A stretch of 20,000 bases of DNA from an uncultured virus (IMG/VR IMGVR_UViG_3300032220_001168). Its lineage: Duplodnaviria > Heunggongvirae > Uroviricota > Caudoviricetes. Below the pieces are notes generated by a model. That model ran no database searches. It was not told the DNA's origin and worked only from the letters and a program-made list of their open reading frames with translations. Of this stretch, positions 1-8,843 are shown piece after piece. A program made the translations under genes and the position numbers. The stretch lies in IMG/VR virus record IMGVR_UViG_3300032220_001168, one strand, 5' to 3'. Positions within the stretch are counted from its first letter, which is position 1. Every line of letters begins with the position of its first letter.

Positions 1-2
1 AG

Positions 3-161
3 GAGCGAGGCACGGTTCATGTCAGCACGAACACCATACTGACCCCACAAGTGCAATTAAGCGCTACTGGCTCCATATATACAGTCCAAGTTGGCTCATC
101 GTTTAGAATTTGGCCAATTGCTGCTAGCGGTGGCAACACTTCCATTGGTACTTGGTCATGA
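3..161 (+). CDS. C-terminal fragment of a phage structural/tail-fibre-like protein (5' truncated)
   Basis: Frame 3 is open from the window edge (ERGTVHVSTNTILTPQVQLSATGSIYTVQVGSSFRIWPIAASGGNTSIGTWS*). TGA 159-161 overlaps the next ATG (ATGA). Thr/Ser/Gly-rich beta-type composition. Confidence 0.6.
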   Translation, partial: ERGTVHVSTNTILTPQVQLSATGSIYTVQVGSSFRIWPIAASGGNTSIGTWS

Positions 162-472
162 ACGTAGACGATATTGTTCTTGAGTGGATCATTACGAACC
201 TTGTTCGGCATTCAGAGAATGACATGATTTTCTCTATTGAATGGAAGTTGAACGCAACTCTAGGCCTTTATGCCACTTCGGCGGAAGGCACCATTGGACT
301 AAAAGCTTCAGAGCATCCTATTCCATTTATTGACTTAACTCGCGAACTTGTCATCGAATGGCTACTGGCCGCGCTTGGCGAAGAGCAGCAGAATGCCATT
401 GAGCAGGGCTTAATTAATACGATTTACGACAATTATCTGGCTCCGTCAACTCACGACGGCATGCCATGGTAG
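158..472 (+). CDS. Conserved phage protein (DUF7936-like, usually found next to tail fibre genes)
   Basis: 104 aa from ATG 158 (ATGA-coupled). Pattern W.I..L.R...IEW...IPF.DLT.E.VI.W...LG.E...IE..L...P....GMPW is typical of this aquatic-phage family. Confidence 0.65.
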   Translation: MNVDDIVLEWIITNLVRHSENDMIFSIEWKLNATLGLYATSAEGTIGLKASEHPIPFIDLTRELVIEWLLAALGEEQQNAIEQGLINTIYDNYLAPSTHDGMPW

Positions 473-532
473 GCAAGCAGGCGACACCTGCGGGAATATG
501 CAGTAAACTGAGCAAGTTGTTTTTCAATCAAA

Positions 533-676
533 ATGGCAGTAAAAAGCAAAGGTGGCAGTGCAGCTCTCAAGCGTTCGCATCAGCCAGGCCCTCCAAAGCT
601 AACCAAGCAGGGCAATGGGAAGCGCAGCAAGCCTAGCCATGGCAGGAAGCTCCTCAAGGGCCAAGGAAAGTCTTGA
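533..676 (+). CDS. Small very basic protein (47 aa), cyanophage-type
   Basis: Manual translation MAVKSKGGSAALKRSHQPGPPKLTKQGNGKRSKPSHGRKLLKGQGKS*: 10 K + 3 R, no D/E. TAAACT -10-like box at 504-509. Below the ORF-track cutoff. Confidence 0.75.
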   Translation: MAVKSKGGSAALKRSHQPGPPKLTKQGNGKRSKPSHGRKLLKGQGKS

Positions 677-725
677 CAATGGCAAGAGGACAGGCTAGTT
701 TCTGGCTGGTCTTTTCTTTTGCCTC

Positions 726-1001
726 GTGGCTGCCGACATTAATTGTTATTCCTTTTCCCATCGTTTTTCATCTACACAGGACATTCCTGGGTATTGTGGT
801 TACGAGGAAATTACGCATCAATGCCAGTTGGCTGATGCTCCGGCGCTAGTGCGTTCTTTTGCTCATTTCCTCACTGGTTGCGGCTTCGCTCCATCGTCTG
901 TTTACAGCGCCATGGAAACCGTTGGAACGGAGTATAATGAAGCATATATAGGCAGGGATAATTTCGATGGGTCAAATCAGCAGGCAGGGCGAACAGTTTG
1001 A
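726..1001 (+). CDS. Hypothetical phage protein (91 aa)
   Basis: GTG-start ORF filling the space between neighbours on the same strand; overlaps the next gene by 35 nt. Confidence 0.6.
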   Translation: MAADINCYSFSHRFSSTQDIPGYCGYEEITHQCQLADAPALVRSFAHFLTGCGFAPSSVYSAMETVGTEYNEAYIGRDNFDGSNQQAGRTV

Positions 1002-2193
1002 AACCCACGTAATTGCTGACAAATATGGCAATCTTCTTGATTATGGCGCCGACAGCGGGGCAGTAGATGCATTTGGCAGGCAGCGTGTAAGCAATCCTTA
1101 TACGCTGTTTGACAGCACAATGCGCTTTGACAAGCGGCTTGATCAATGGTATGAAATCACGACTGGCGGCGGCAATGTTAACTTCCTCACCAATGCAAGC
1201 ACACTAGAGCTTCGGACTACCACTGCTTCTGGTGACACTGTTCTTCGTCGTACAAAGCAAAGGTTTCCGTATCAACCAGGAAAAAGCTTAGTTGCTTTGC
1301 AAAGTTTTGTTGGGGCACCATTGACTGCTGGCCTCATTCAAGAAGTTGGTTATTTTGACGATAATAATGGTGTGATGCTGCGTGCCAGTGGCACCACTCT
1401 TCAGTTTGTCGTCAGAAGTTTTGCTACTGGCAGCGTGGTGGAAACTGTAGTCAATCAATCCGAATGGAACATTGAAACTTTCCCCGCCCTTGATTTCAGT
1501 AAGGCGCAAATTTTTACTGCTGATTTTGAATGGTTGGGTGTTGGAAGAGTGCGTTGTGGCTTTGTGATTGATGGTTCCATTGTGTATTGCCACGAATTTA
1601 ACCATGCAAATAGGCTCAGTAGAACATACATGCAAACGGCAATCCTCCCATTTTCATATCAAATTTTCAATAGCACTGCTCAGGCCAGTGGGGCTACTTT
1701 TCAACAAATTTGTTGCAGCTTGTTGAGCGAAGGTGGTTACGAGCCGGATGGACCTATCTATTCCATTGATCATTCCCTGTCTAGTGTTCCGAATACCAGC
1801 GGAGAACGAGTGACGGCTGGTATTCGCATGGTCAGCGGTCGCACCGGTAATGTTATCTTGCCAGTAAAAGTTGACGTAGCCTCTGAAAGCACCAATGTTG
1901 TGGCATGGAAGCTGCGCCTTAATCCCACTCTTTCTGGCGTCACTTGGGCCCCTGCGGTCAATGGCAGGGGAAACGTTGAAACTATCACCACTGCCAGCGC
2001 CGTTAGCGGCGGAACAATCGTCAATACTGGCATCATTTCACAAGGGCAGTCTGTCAATCTCAATATTGACACGGCCATTCGTTTAGCGCTTGGCGTGAAT
2101 GCCTCTGGCGTGAGCGATACCCTTGTGCTCACCGTTGACAGCGAAGTAAACTCTAAGGCCCTGGGACAATTAGGCTGGGTGGAAATAGTGTAG
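967..2193 (+). CDS. Putative virion structural protein (408 aa), conserved cyanophage family
   Basis: Motifs DAFGRQRVSNPYTLFDS, FPYQPGKS, DFEWLGVGRVRCGFVIDG and QICCSLLSEGGY recognised from a widespread beta-rich phage structural family. TATAAT at 933-938. Confidence 0.7.
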   Translation: MGQISRQGEQFETHVIADKYGNLLDYGADSGAVDAFGRQRVSNPYTLFDSTMRFDKRLDQWYEITTGGGNVNFLTNASTLELRTTTASGDTVLRRTKQRFPYQPGKSLVALQSFVGAPLTAGLIQEVGYFDDNNGVMLRASGTTLQFVVRSFATGSVVETVVNQSEWNIETFPALDFSKAQIFTADFEWLGVGRVRCGFVIDGSIVYCHEFNHANRLSRTYMQTAILPFSYQIFNSTAQASGATFQQICCSLLSEGGYEPDGPIYSIDHSLSSVPNTSGERVTAGIRMVSGRTGNVILPVKVDVASESTNVVAWKLRLNPTLSGVTWAPAVNGRGNVETITTASAVSGGTIVNTGIISQGQSVNLNIDTAIRLALGVNASGVSDTLVLTVDSEVNSKALGQLGWVEIV

Positions 2194-2202
2194 ACTGACA
2201 AA

Positions 2203-2544
2203 ATGGAACCAGCACGTTACGACATTACAATTCATCAAGGCGCCACGTTTAGCCTTGGCTTGCAATACAGGACTGGCTCTGGCGTACCAGTAAACATGAG
2301 CGGTTACACGGTGGCAGCTCAGCTATGGAACAGGAATGGCACGGCTAAGCTTGCCAATTTTTCCACTTCCTGGACAGATCAGGCCAGTGGCACTTTCAAA
2401 TTAATTCTCCAAAGCAGTGTGACATCGGGCATCACGGAACAAGGGCAGTACGACGTGTTGGTGACTGAACCCGATGGAAGCAAGTCTTATTTGCTGCAAG
2501 GTACGTCTTATATTGATCTAGGACTTTCTGGGCGCGGCGTTTAA
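2203..2544 (+). CDS. Ig-like tail/baseplate accessory protein (BppU-N/LtfC-like)
   Basis: PARYDITIHQGATF...PVNMSGYT.AAQ...GTFKL.L...T......YDVLVT.PDG....LLQG pattern of the small Ig-fold tail adaptor family. Confidence 0.7.
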   Translation: MEPARYDITIHQGATFSLGLQYRTGSGVPVNMSGYTVAAQLWNRNGTAKLANFSTSWTDQASGTFKLILQSSVTSGITEQGQYDVLVTEPDGSKSYLLQGTSYIDLGLSGRGV

Positions 2545-2546
2545 CC

Positions 2547-3011
2547 ATGAATGATTTAGTTGTCATCAAGGAGGATGTTCAATTATTAGTTGACAATGAA
2601 GAACTTCAACTATTGGTCAGCAGTGACGATGTTCAGTTGGTTGTCACTGGTGAAAACGGCCCTCAAGGCGCGTCTGGTGCTCCAGGACCACCAAAATCCC
2701 TGACCATTGCCTACCCAGTAGCAGGAGATAACTTAACGCTGTTTTATACGCAATCCAGTACGACCTTAGTGCAGGTGGCAGCTATCTTGCGAGGCTCAAG
2801 CAGTCCGTCTGTCACTTATAGCTTAAGGTATGCTGCCAATCGTTCCAGCGCTGGAACAGCAGCAACGGCTTCGACCGTAGTGAGCAGCACGACCACTGCT
2901 TCTACTGCCACTGTCCAGAACATGCCAATTCCTGCCAACAACTTCCTGTGGCTTGAAATTTCAAGTATTAGCGGCAATCCGACTGAACTAAGCATCACTG
3001 TTGCCGTGTAG
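2547..3011 (+). CDS. Putative structural protein with a short collagen-like linker
   Basis: Repeated (V/L)QLLV/VQLVV N-terminal strands, then GENGPQGASGAPGPP (5 Gly-X-Y triplets), then a Ser/Thr-rich beta domain. Confidence 0.6.
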   Translation: MNDLVVIKEDVQLLVDNEELQLLVSSDDVQLVVTGENGPQGASGAPGPPKSLTIAYPVAGDNLTLFYTQSSTTLVQVAAILRGSSSPSVTYSLRYAANRSSAGTAATASTVVSSTTTASTATVQNMPIPANNFLWLEISSISGNPTELSITVAV

Positions 3012-3043
3012 TGTTAGAATCTGTCTATTAAATTCAAAGCGTC

Positions 3044-3478
3044 ATGGCCGCATTTAACAAGTTCAACCAGTTTGTCGCTGACGTAGCCTCTGGCGTCCAC
3101 CAGATGCAAACTGGCACCACTCACGTTTATAAGGTGATGCTCACCAATACAGCGCCAAGTGCAGCTAACTCGGTAAAGGCTAATATCACTGAAATCAGCG
3201 CTGGTAACGGGTACACCGCTGGTGGTACAAGTGTTGGTACAATTACCGGCTCGCAGACATCCGGCACTTTTAAATTCGTGGGTGGCACGGATCCCGTGGT
3301 TACAGCCACTGGAGCCGTTGGCCCCTTCCAATGGGTGGTGCTTTATAACGATACACCGACATCACCTGCCAAGCCGTTGATTGGCTACTGGGACTACGGC
3401 AGCGCCGTAACGCTAGCAACTGGTGAGACATTCACAGTTGACCTCGACCAGGCTAATGGCATCCTGACTCTTGCTTGA
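3044..3478 (+). CDS. Conserved phage structural (tail-associated) protein, 144 aa
   Basis: MAAFNKFNQFV...KVMLTNTAP...ITEISAGNGYTAGG...GPFQWVVLYNDT...LIGYWDYGSAVTLATGETFTVD family signature. Extended -10 TGtTAGAAT at 3012-3020. Confidence 0.7.
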   Translation: MAAFNKFNQFVADVASGVHQMQTGTTHVYKVMLTNTAPSAANSVKANITEISAGNGYTAGGTSVGTITGSQTSGTFKFVGGTDPVVTATGAVGPFQWVVLYNDTPTSPAKPLIGYWDYGSAVTLATGETFTVDLDQANGILTLA

Positions 3479-3490
3479 TAGGGGAGCCCA

Positions 3491-5938
3491 ATGGCAACCC
3501 TGTACATAGATCCCGATGGTGGTAACGACAACTACGGAGGTACTAGCTTTGCGCTGCTCGCCTCTGGCACCAATGGCCGCATTGCTAGTACGACATTTAG
3601 TAGCGTTGGTGCATCTTTCCCAAACGACGGATCTTTGATTGGTCAATATCTCAGTATTTTTAACGGCTTTATATACGCAGTTTACAGAATTACGGCGCGG
3701 TTATCAACAACTTCGCTAACGATTACGGCTATAACTGGTGGAACAAGCTTGGCCAACCAATCCACCGACACTCTGTATTATATCGGAGGTCGGTGGGCGA
3801 CTATGTTGAATGGCGCAACAGCGGCGCGAGTAGCACCTGGCGACACTGTTCGCTTTAAAGCGAGTCCTTATCCCACAAGCCTTGGAATAAATGGTAAATG
3901 GACTTCAGGTGTCGTGGAAAACACGAAGGTAATATCTGCTGCAACCGATACCACTCCCATACAAATTACTCTTGCGGCACATGGGTACAGCACGGGAGAC
4001 ACTATAACTCTTGAGGGTGTTGCGGGAGCAGTTACTGCCAATGGTTTCTGGGAGATCACAGTAATTGATGCAAATACTTTTTCTCTTGATGGGAGTGTAG
4101 CTGCGGGCGTGCGAACTTCGGGAGGGATTACCCGGAGGCGCACTAACTCTGTTGTAATACTGGATACTGCTGTTACGCAAAATATTGCAAGCACTGGGCA
4201 ACGCACGACAGCATGGACGGCCTCCGCAAACGTTAGCTCTGCGCTGACAACTACGACCAGGGAACATCTCTACGGGGATGTTTTTATCATTAGTTCCGGG
4301 TTTACCACTGGCCTGGCTGCATACCGGCCCACGGGAACACTTAATCTAAGCGGGTATCAGCAGGTTTCTTTTTGGATACAGCAAACATCTGGCACCCTAG
4401 CCACTCAGGGCTCTCTTAGGCTTCAGTTGTGTTCTGACAGTCTCGGTCAAACCCCTGTGAACACTATTTCCATTCCTGCTGTGGTGGTGCTGAACCGTTG
4501 GCAGCCAGTTACTGTAGATCTTGCCACTAACCTGGGTTCAAACATAAACAGCATTGCCCTGTTCGTCAATACTGACCTTGGGGCTCAAACTATTATTTTA
4601 AGCAATATTATTGCATGTAAGGCAGCTAGCTCCCCTGACTCACTGACTCTCAACAGCCTCATTGGCAAAAATATTACAGGCGAGACTTTTTGGAGCATTC
4701 AAAATATAAATGGACGACGAGTTGTCCTTGATTCTGACACCACGCACACCACCTCCTCCACTAACTGGAGGGGGTATTTTGGGGCAACTGGAACCGTAAC
4801 CACGTGGAAGAGAGAAGCTTTTCGGCTTACCCCTGCAGCCTCAGCCCCCACAGCAGCACTCACTATCCCAGAGGGTGGTAGTTCCATTACCTCTCGCATT
4901 ATTTATATTGGCGGATGGGATCGCACAAACATGTCGACGCAAGATGGTGTTAGCTGGTTTGACGGTCAAAACGGTGCTGGCTACGGTATGTCTATGAATT
5001 TCCTTGGTTATCTCGACGTTAAACAATTTGCTTTTTCCAGATTTCAATATGGTTTATATATTGCTACCTGTTACAATGTAATTTACGATATAACAGCCTT
5101 AAATAATAATAATAACGGTGTGTTCAGTTTTAGCAATTGCTTTGGGCTTGATATGACGGTTGGCCACGTAGCCGGTTCTTTCCAAAATGCTATTACTTTT
5201 AACTCAGCAATCAGCAAGCTATACCTCCAGCACGCAATTGTTAGCGCAGGAGGCACCGCCTTAGACGTTAACGTTGACTCCTACTCAACCATTAGGGGTT
5301 CCGCAACGTTTGTCATGAATAATGTTCAAAGCGTTGGCGCAGTTATCAGGGCTATTGGCGGTAAGTTTTACGATTTGCAATTGCAGGGGGCCACTCAATC
5401 CATTAGTTGCAGCACCGCGGTTGAGGCCAGCCTTATGAACTGCAATCTCCCCAGTGCCACCGAAGTCAGTCTTAGTGGGGGGCAAGGTATCAGGATTGCA
5501 TCTCAAGATCACGATCAAACTCCTGGAAATCATAAAATTTTTGCGAACATGGGGAATATTAGCTCGGCTGTTGATGAACGATATGTGGCAAGTGGTTATA
5601 GCTGGAAGCTGCAACCTCTTGATAGCCGGGCCAGTGACTTGTCCCCACTCATACTGCCCCTGGCCAAGGTAGCTTGCGCTGCCAATAGCCTGGTAACGAT
5701 AACGGCGCAAATGCGTATAAACAATGCCGCGTTAACAATGCGGTTAATGTGCAAGGGTGGTCAGATTTCAGGGGTTACTACTGATGTATCGGCACAAGTA
5801 TCAACTACTAATGCCTGGGAGCAGCAAACAATTACTTTCACTCCAACGCAAACAGGTGTAGTGGAAATTACTGCTGAGGCGTGGGGTGGCACCACCCATT
5901 CCGGCTGGGTAGACGCCCTTACCATTGCGCAAGCCTAA
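3491..5938 (+). CDS. Large tail fibre/spike-like protein (815 aa) with E1-FCCH-like, beta-helix-like and C-terminal CBM-like segments
   Basis: T/G/S-rich. TPIQITLAAHGYSTGDTITLEGV.G...ANG.W.ITVIDANTFSLDG (~3930-4100) matches the FCCH-like beta domain seen in phage tail proteins. Asn-rich periodic stretch at ~4950-5450. C-terminal WEQQTITFTPT..GVVEI sandwich. GGGGAG RBS upstream. Confidence 0.7.
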   Translation: MATLYIDPDGGNDNYGGTSFALLASGTNGRIASTTFSSVGASFPNDGSLIGQYLSIFNGFIYAVYRITARLSTTSLTITAITGGTSLANQSTDTLYYIGGRWATMLNGATAARVAPGDTVRFKASPYPTSLGINGKWTSGVVENTKVISAATDTTPIQITLAAHGYSTGDTITLEGVAGAVTANGFWEITVIDANTFSLDGSVAAGVRTSGGITRRRTNSVVILDTAVTQNIASTGQRTTAWTASANVSSALTTTTREHLYGDVFIISSGFTTGLAAYRPTGTLNLSGYQQVSFWIQQTSGTLATQGSLRLQLCSDSLGQTPVNTISIPAVVVLNRWQPVTVDLATNLGSNINSIALFVNTDLGAQTIILSNIIACKAASSPDSLTLNSLIGKNITGETFWSIQNINGRRVVLDSDTTHTTSSTNWRGYFGATGTVTTWKREAFRLTPAASAPTAALTIPEGGSSITSRIIYIGGWDRTNMSTQDGVSWFDGQNGAGYGMSMNFLGYLDVKQFAFSRFQYGLYIATCYNVIYDITALNNNNNGVFSFSNCFGLDMTVGHVAGSFQNAITFNSAISKLYLQHAIVSAGGTALDVNVDSYSTIRGSATFVMNNVQSVGAVIRAIGGKFYDLQLQGATQSISCSTAVEASLMNCNLPSATEVSLSGGQGIRIASQDHDQTPGNHKIFANMGNISSAVDERYVASGYSWKLQPLDSRASDLSPLILPLAKVACAANSLVTITAQMRINNAALTMRLMCKGGQISGVTTDVSAQVSTTNAWEQQTITFTPTQTGVVEITAEAWGGTTHSGWVDALTIAQA

Positions 5939-5940
5939 TC

Positions 5941-6135
5941 ATGACTTATCACATTCACGCTGTTGAACAAGACATTGCTGCCAAATGGTACGCCCGTGTC
6001 TGTATCACCGAAGAGAAAGCAGTTTTGCTGAAGTTTCAAAACTATCCAACAATGGAGGAAATTCAAGAGGCCGCTCAACAGTATGTTGCCTCATTGATGG
6101 CAACAGAGGAGGCCACAGATGCCGCTTCCGAGTGA
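5941..6135 (+). CDS. Small hypothetical protein (64 aa), possible fibre chaperone
   Basis: ATG 2 nt after the upstream stop (MTYHIHAVEQD...); overlaps the start of the next gene. Confidence 0.6.
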   Translation: MTYHIHAVEQDIAAKWYARVCITEEKAVLLKFQNYPTMEEIQEAAQQYVASLMATEEATDAASE

Positions 6136-8377
6136 CACCAATTTAGAGACACTTGACTACGTCTATCTAGGCCAACCATTTGTCAATGTAGAAGCCAAAG
6201 CGCTTAATAGCACCACTTTAGATATTGCCTACCTTGGCGAACCTTTTGTCGCCGTTGGCCCAACAACAGCAACAACGGCTTATACAATTGCCGCAAGTGT
6301 TGGCACGTTTATATTAACTGGCAATGCAGCCAGCCTCAGTGAAAACCGAAGATTGGCTGCAGAAACAGCAATCTTCACCCTTGCTGGAAACGCTTCCAGC
6401 TTAATTTACAACCGGCGCTTAATTGCCGATAAAGGTACTTTTTCGCTAGCCGGAAACGCCGCCAATCTCAGCAGTGGCTTCAAGATAACAGCAAGTCAAG
6501 GTAATTTTACTCTGATTGGAAACGCTGCCAATCTCAACGGTAGCTTCAAGATAACAGCAAGCCAAGGCACTTTTGCTCTGGTTGGAAATGCTGCCAATCT
6601 CAACAAAGGTCGACGCCTGGCTGCGGAAGCGGGCGTCTTTACTTTTACTGGAAGCGCGTCTAATTTAATTTACGGCAGGCGGTTAATCGCAAGCAAAGCA
6701 ACTTTTGCGCTCACTGGCAACGTTGCTAACTTGAATCGCAATTATCGTTTAATTGCCGCAAGTGGTTCTTTCGCCGAGACAGGCAATGATGCTGGATTCA
6801 GGCGAGCACTTCGTTTAATTAGCGCTACCGGCAGTTTTGCGATAACAGGCATCACTGCAACACTAAGAGCCACACGTTATTTGTCTGGCGGTAGTGGGTC
6901 TTTTGTCGAGACCGGCCAAGCTGCGTCGCTGGCCAAGGGCCCGCGTTTAGTCGCTGGCGTTGGCATATTCAGTGAAACTGGCAGGGCTGCCTTCTTTATC
7001 CGCACTAGTGTTATTGGTGCAGTCACTGGCAGTTTTACTGTCAGCAGCACTGGAGCAGGATTTAATAATCAAAAGCGTATATTTGGTGCAAATGGTTCTC
7101 TCGTCTTAACGGGAAATGCCGCTAATTTAAATTATGGCCAACGATTAATTGCAGACAAAGCAACCTTTTCTGCTGCCGGGAGTCCAGCAAATCTAACCCG
7201 TGGCTTAAGACTTGTCGCTTCTAATGGCATCTTTGCCTTGACAGCCAACGCTGCTGATTTCAAGCGCAATGCGATTCTTTCTGCTGCCCCAGGCACATTT
7301 TTGCTAACGGGTAATCCTGTCACTTTCAATGGACAGCGCAATATCCTCGCGGCCGCTGGTACTTTTGCCGTTACTGGCAGCGCTGCAACACTTCGCTCAA
7401 CCCATCGCCTCGTTGCGGAAACTGGAGCATTTTCTGAAACAGGCAACGCTGCCGCGTTAAGAGTAGATCGAAGAGTAATTGCCGCATCTAATAATTATAC
7501 GCTTGTTGGTAATACTGCCAACTTTGTTATTGCCACACCATTCCGAACGCTTGCAGCAAATGCGGGAACATTTGCTCTTACTGGTAATGCCGCAGCACTT
7601 CTCCGAACACGTCGTATTACTGGCGAGCCTGGTACTTTCAACGAAACAGGAAACATTGCAACATTCAGAGTTAACCAAAGAGTCATTGGATCTCCCGGCG
7701 CATTCACTGTAAGTGGTGGCAATGCCACTTTCGCTATTGCCACGCCATTCCGAACATTGACTGCAAGCGTGGGAACATTTGCTCTTGTTGGCAGAGCTGC
7801 AATACTTCTCCAAGGGCATCGCCTTGCTTGCGAGCCTGGCACTTTTAACGAGACAGGTAGGGCTGCAACTTTCAGGGTAAATAGAAGCATTATTGCAACC
7901 ACTGGCTCTTTTGCGGTTAATGGTAGCAATGCAAACCTAATCAAAAACGTTCCATTTAGAACGCTTACCGCAGTTGCGGGAACATTTGCCCTCACCGGCA
8001 AGGCGGCTGGATTGCTTAAAGGTTGCACTTTAATTGCAAATACCAGGGTTTATGCATTAAGTGGCAATGCTGCAACCTTTAGACATACGCGAATGTTGAC
8101 GACGGAAAGAGGTGTTTTCTCCGTCACCGGCAATCCATTCAACCTGCTTGCCACCCGACTTTCCGCTTCAAATGCTGGTGTTTTTGCGCTTACCGGGCAA
8201 GAAATTGGCCTAAGAAAGCAACAGCAAATCATCGCAACCGTTGGAAGTTTTACTCTTGTAGGCAATGGCGTTATGTTGCTTGGTTCTAATAAACTCCAAT
8301 CCGTTGCTGGCGAATTTCTTGTGGTCGGCAGTGATGCACGCACGTTCAAAACACGTCGGCGAACTATTAATTTTTAG
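6119..8377 (+). CDS. Repeat-built structural protein (752 aa; ~22-aa repeats, likely an elongated beta-solenoid fibre)
   Basis: About 30 copies of (R)(L/I)xAxxGxFx(L/E)TGNAAx(L/F). N-terminal duplicated TLDxxYLGxPFV motif. GGAGG RBS upstream. Confidence 0.75.
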   Translation: MPLPSDTNLETLDYVYLGQPFVNVEAKALNSTTLDIAYLGEPFVAVGPTTATTAYTIAASVGTFILTGNAASLSENRRLAAETAIFTLAGNASSLIYNRRLIADKGTFSLAGNAANLSSGFKITASQGNFTLIGNAANLNGSFKITASQGTFALVGNAANLNKGRRLAAEAGVFTFTGSASNLIYGRRLIASKATFALTGNVANLNRNYRLIAASGSFAETGNDAGFRRALRLISATGSFAITGITATLRATRYLSGGSGSFVETGQAASLAKGPRLVAGVGIFSETGRAAFFIRTSVIGAVTGSFTVSSTGAGFNNQKRIFGANGSLVLTGNAANLNYGQRLIADKATFSAAGSPANLTRGLRLVASNGIFALTANAADFKRNAILSAAPGTFLLTGNPVTFNGQRNILAAAGTFAVTGSAATLRSTHRLVAETGAFSETGNAAALRVDRRVIAASNNYTLVGNTANFVIATPFRTLAANAGTFALTGNAAALLRTRRITGEPGTFNETGNIATFRVNQRVIGSPGAFTVSGGNATFAIATPFRTLTASVGTFALVGRAAILLQGHRLACEPGTFNETGRAATFRVNRSIIATTGSFAVNGSNANLIKNVPFRTLTAVAGTFALTGKAAGLLKGCTLIANTRVYALSGNAATFRHTRMLTTERGVFSVTGNPFNLLATRLSASNAGVFALTGQEIGLRKQQQIIATVGSFTLVGNGVMLLGSNKLQSVAGEFLVVGSDARTFKTRRRTINF
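6290..8340 (+). repeat. Coding tandem repeats: 66-nt unit with a 207-nt super-repeat
   Basis: GGAAACGCYGCCAATCTCA-like copies at 6452, 6518 and 6584 (66-nt period). ATPFRTL/ATPFRTL/NVPFRTL blocks at 7532, 7739 and 7946 (207-nt period). Confidence 0.85.
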
Positions 8378-8430
8378 CGCATTGCGAGAGGGCGGAGGCT
8401 AACGGTGCTATAGTGCCAGTCTTGCCAGGG

Positions 8431-8781
8431 ATGTCAATGCAAGACTTTTTAAACAGTCCAGGGATGAGGGCTTTTCGCGAAGCGTGGCACCATGCTGATT
8501 TGATTCAGTCTGCCGAAGACGACGCCTGGTGGGACAGTCTTTCAATGGATGAAAGAGCGCGGGCTTTTCGGCAAATTTGCAAATTAATTTACAAGGCTGA
8601 TGTAAAAGACAAAGGTAGCTACCGCTACGCAATGTACGATATTTTCAACATTGACTATGGCGATGGCCTAAATCACTACATGCATTTGCATAATCTAATT
8701 AGTCGTGGTATTGATGATGAGCAAGGGGCGTTTGTTGAGCCCGCTGATGACAATTCAAATGATACAAGCGTCCAGTCATGA
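8431..8781 (+). CDS. Hypothetical phage protein (~116 aa)
   Basis: ORF 8413-8781. ATG 8431 is preferred because an extended -10 TGcTATAGT (8406-8414) overlaps the GTG at 8413. Confidence 0.65.
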   Translation: MSMQDFLNSPGMRAFREAWHHADLIQSAEDDAWWDSLSMDERARAFRQICKLIYKADVKDKGSYRYAMYDIFNIDYGDGLNHYMHLHNLISRGIDDEQGAFVEPADDNSNDTSVQS

Positions 8782-8843
8782 AAATGCCGGTGGTGAGCAT
8801 AAATAGGCCAACGACAATTTCCATGACCAATAAGAATCTCGCT

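Noticed and set aside
17..211. 64-aa - strand ORF
   Set aside because: Antisense to a better + strand frame-3 CDS that is ATGA-coupled to the next gene.
2649..2693. Collagen-like fibre protein
   Set aside because: Only five Gly-X-Y triplets; a short linker rather than a collagen fibre.
3930..4100. Ubiquitin-activating enzyme E1 FCCH similarity implying a ubiquitin-like system
   Set aside because: Only the small beta domain is present, as commonly seen in phage tail proteins. No adenylation domain, E2, Ubl or JAB partners.
6290..8340. Repeats as a CRISPR array or DGR template/variable repeat pair
   Set aside because: The repeats are in-frame coding units whose differences are not adenine-specific. 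There are no unique spacers and no reverse transcriptase in the window.
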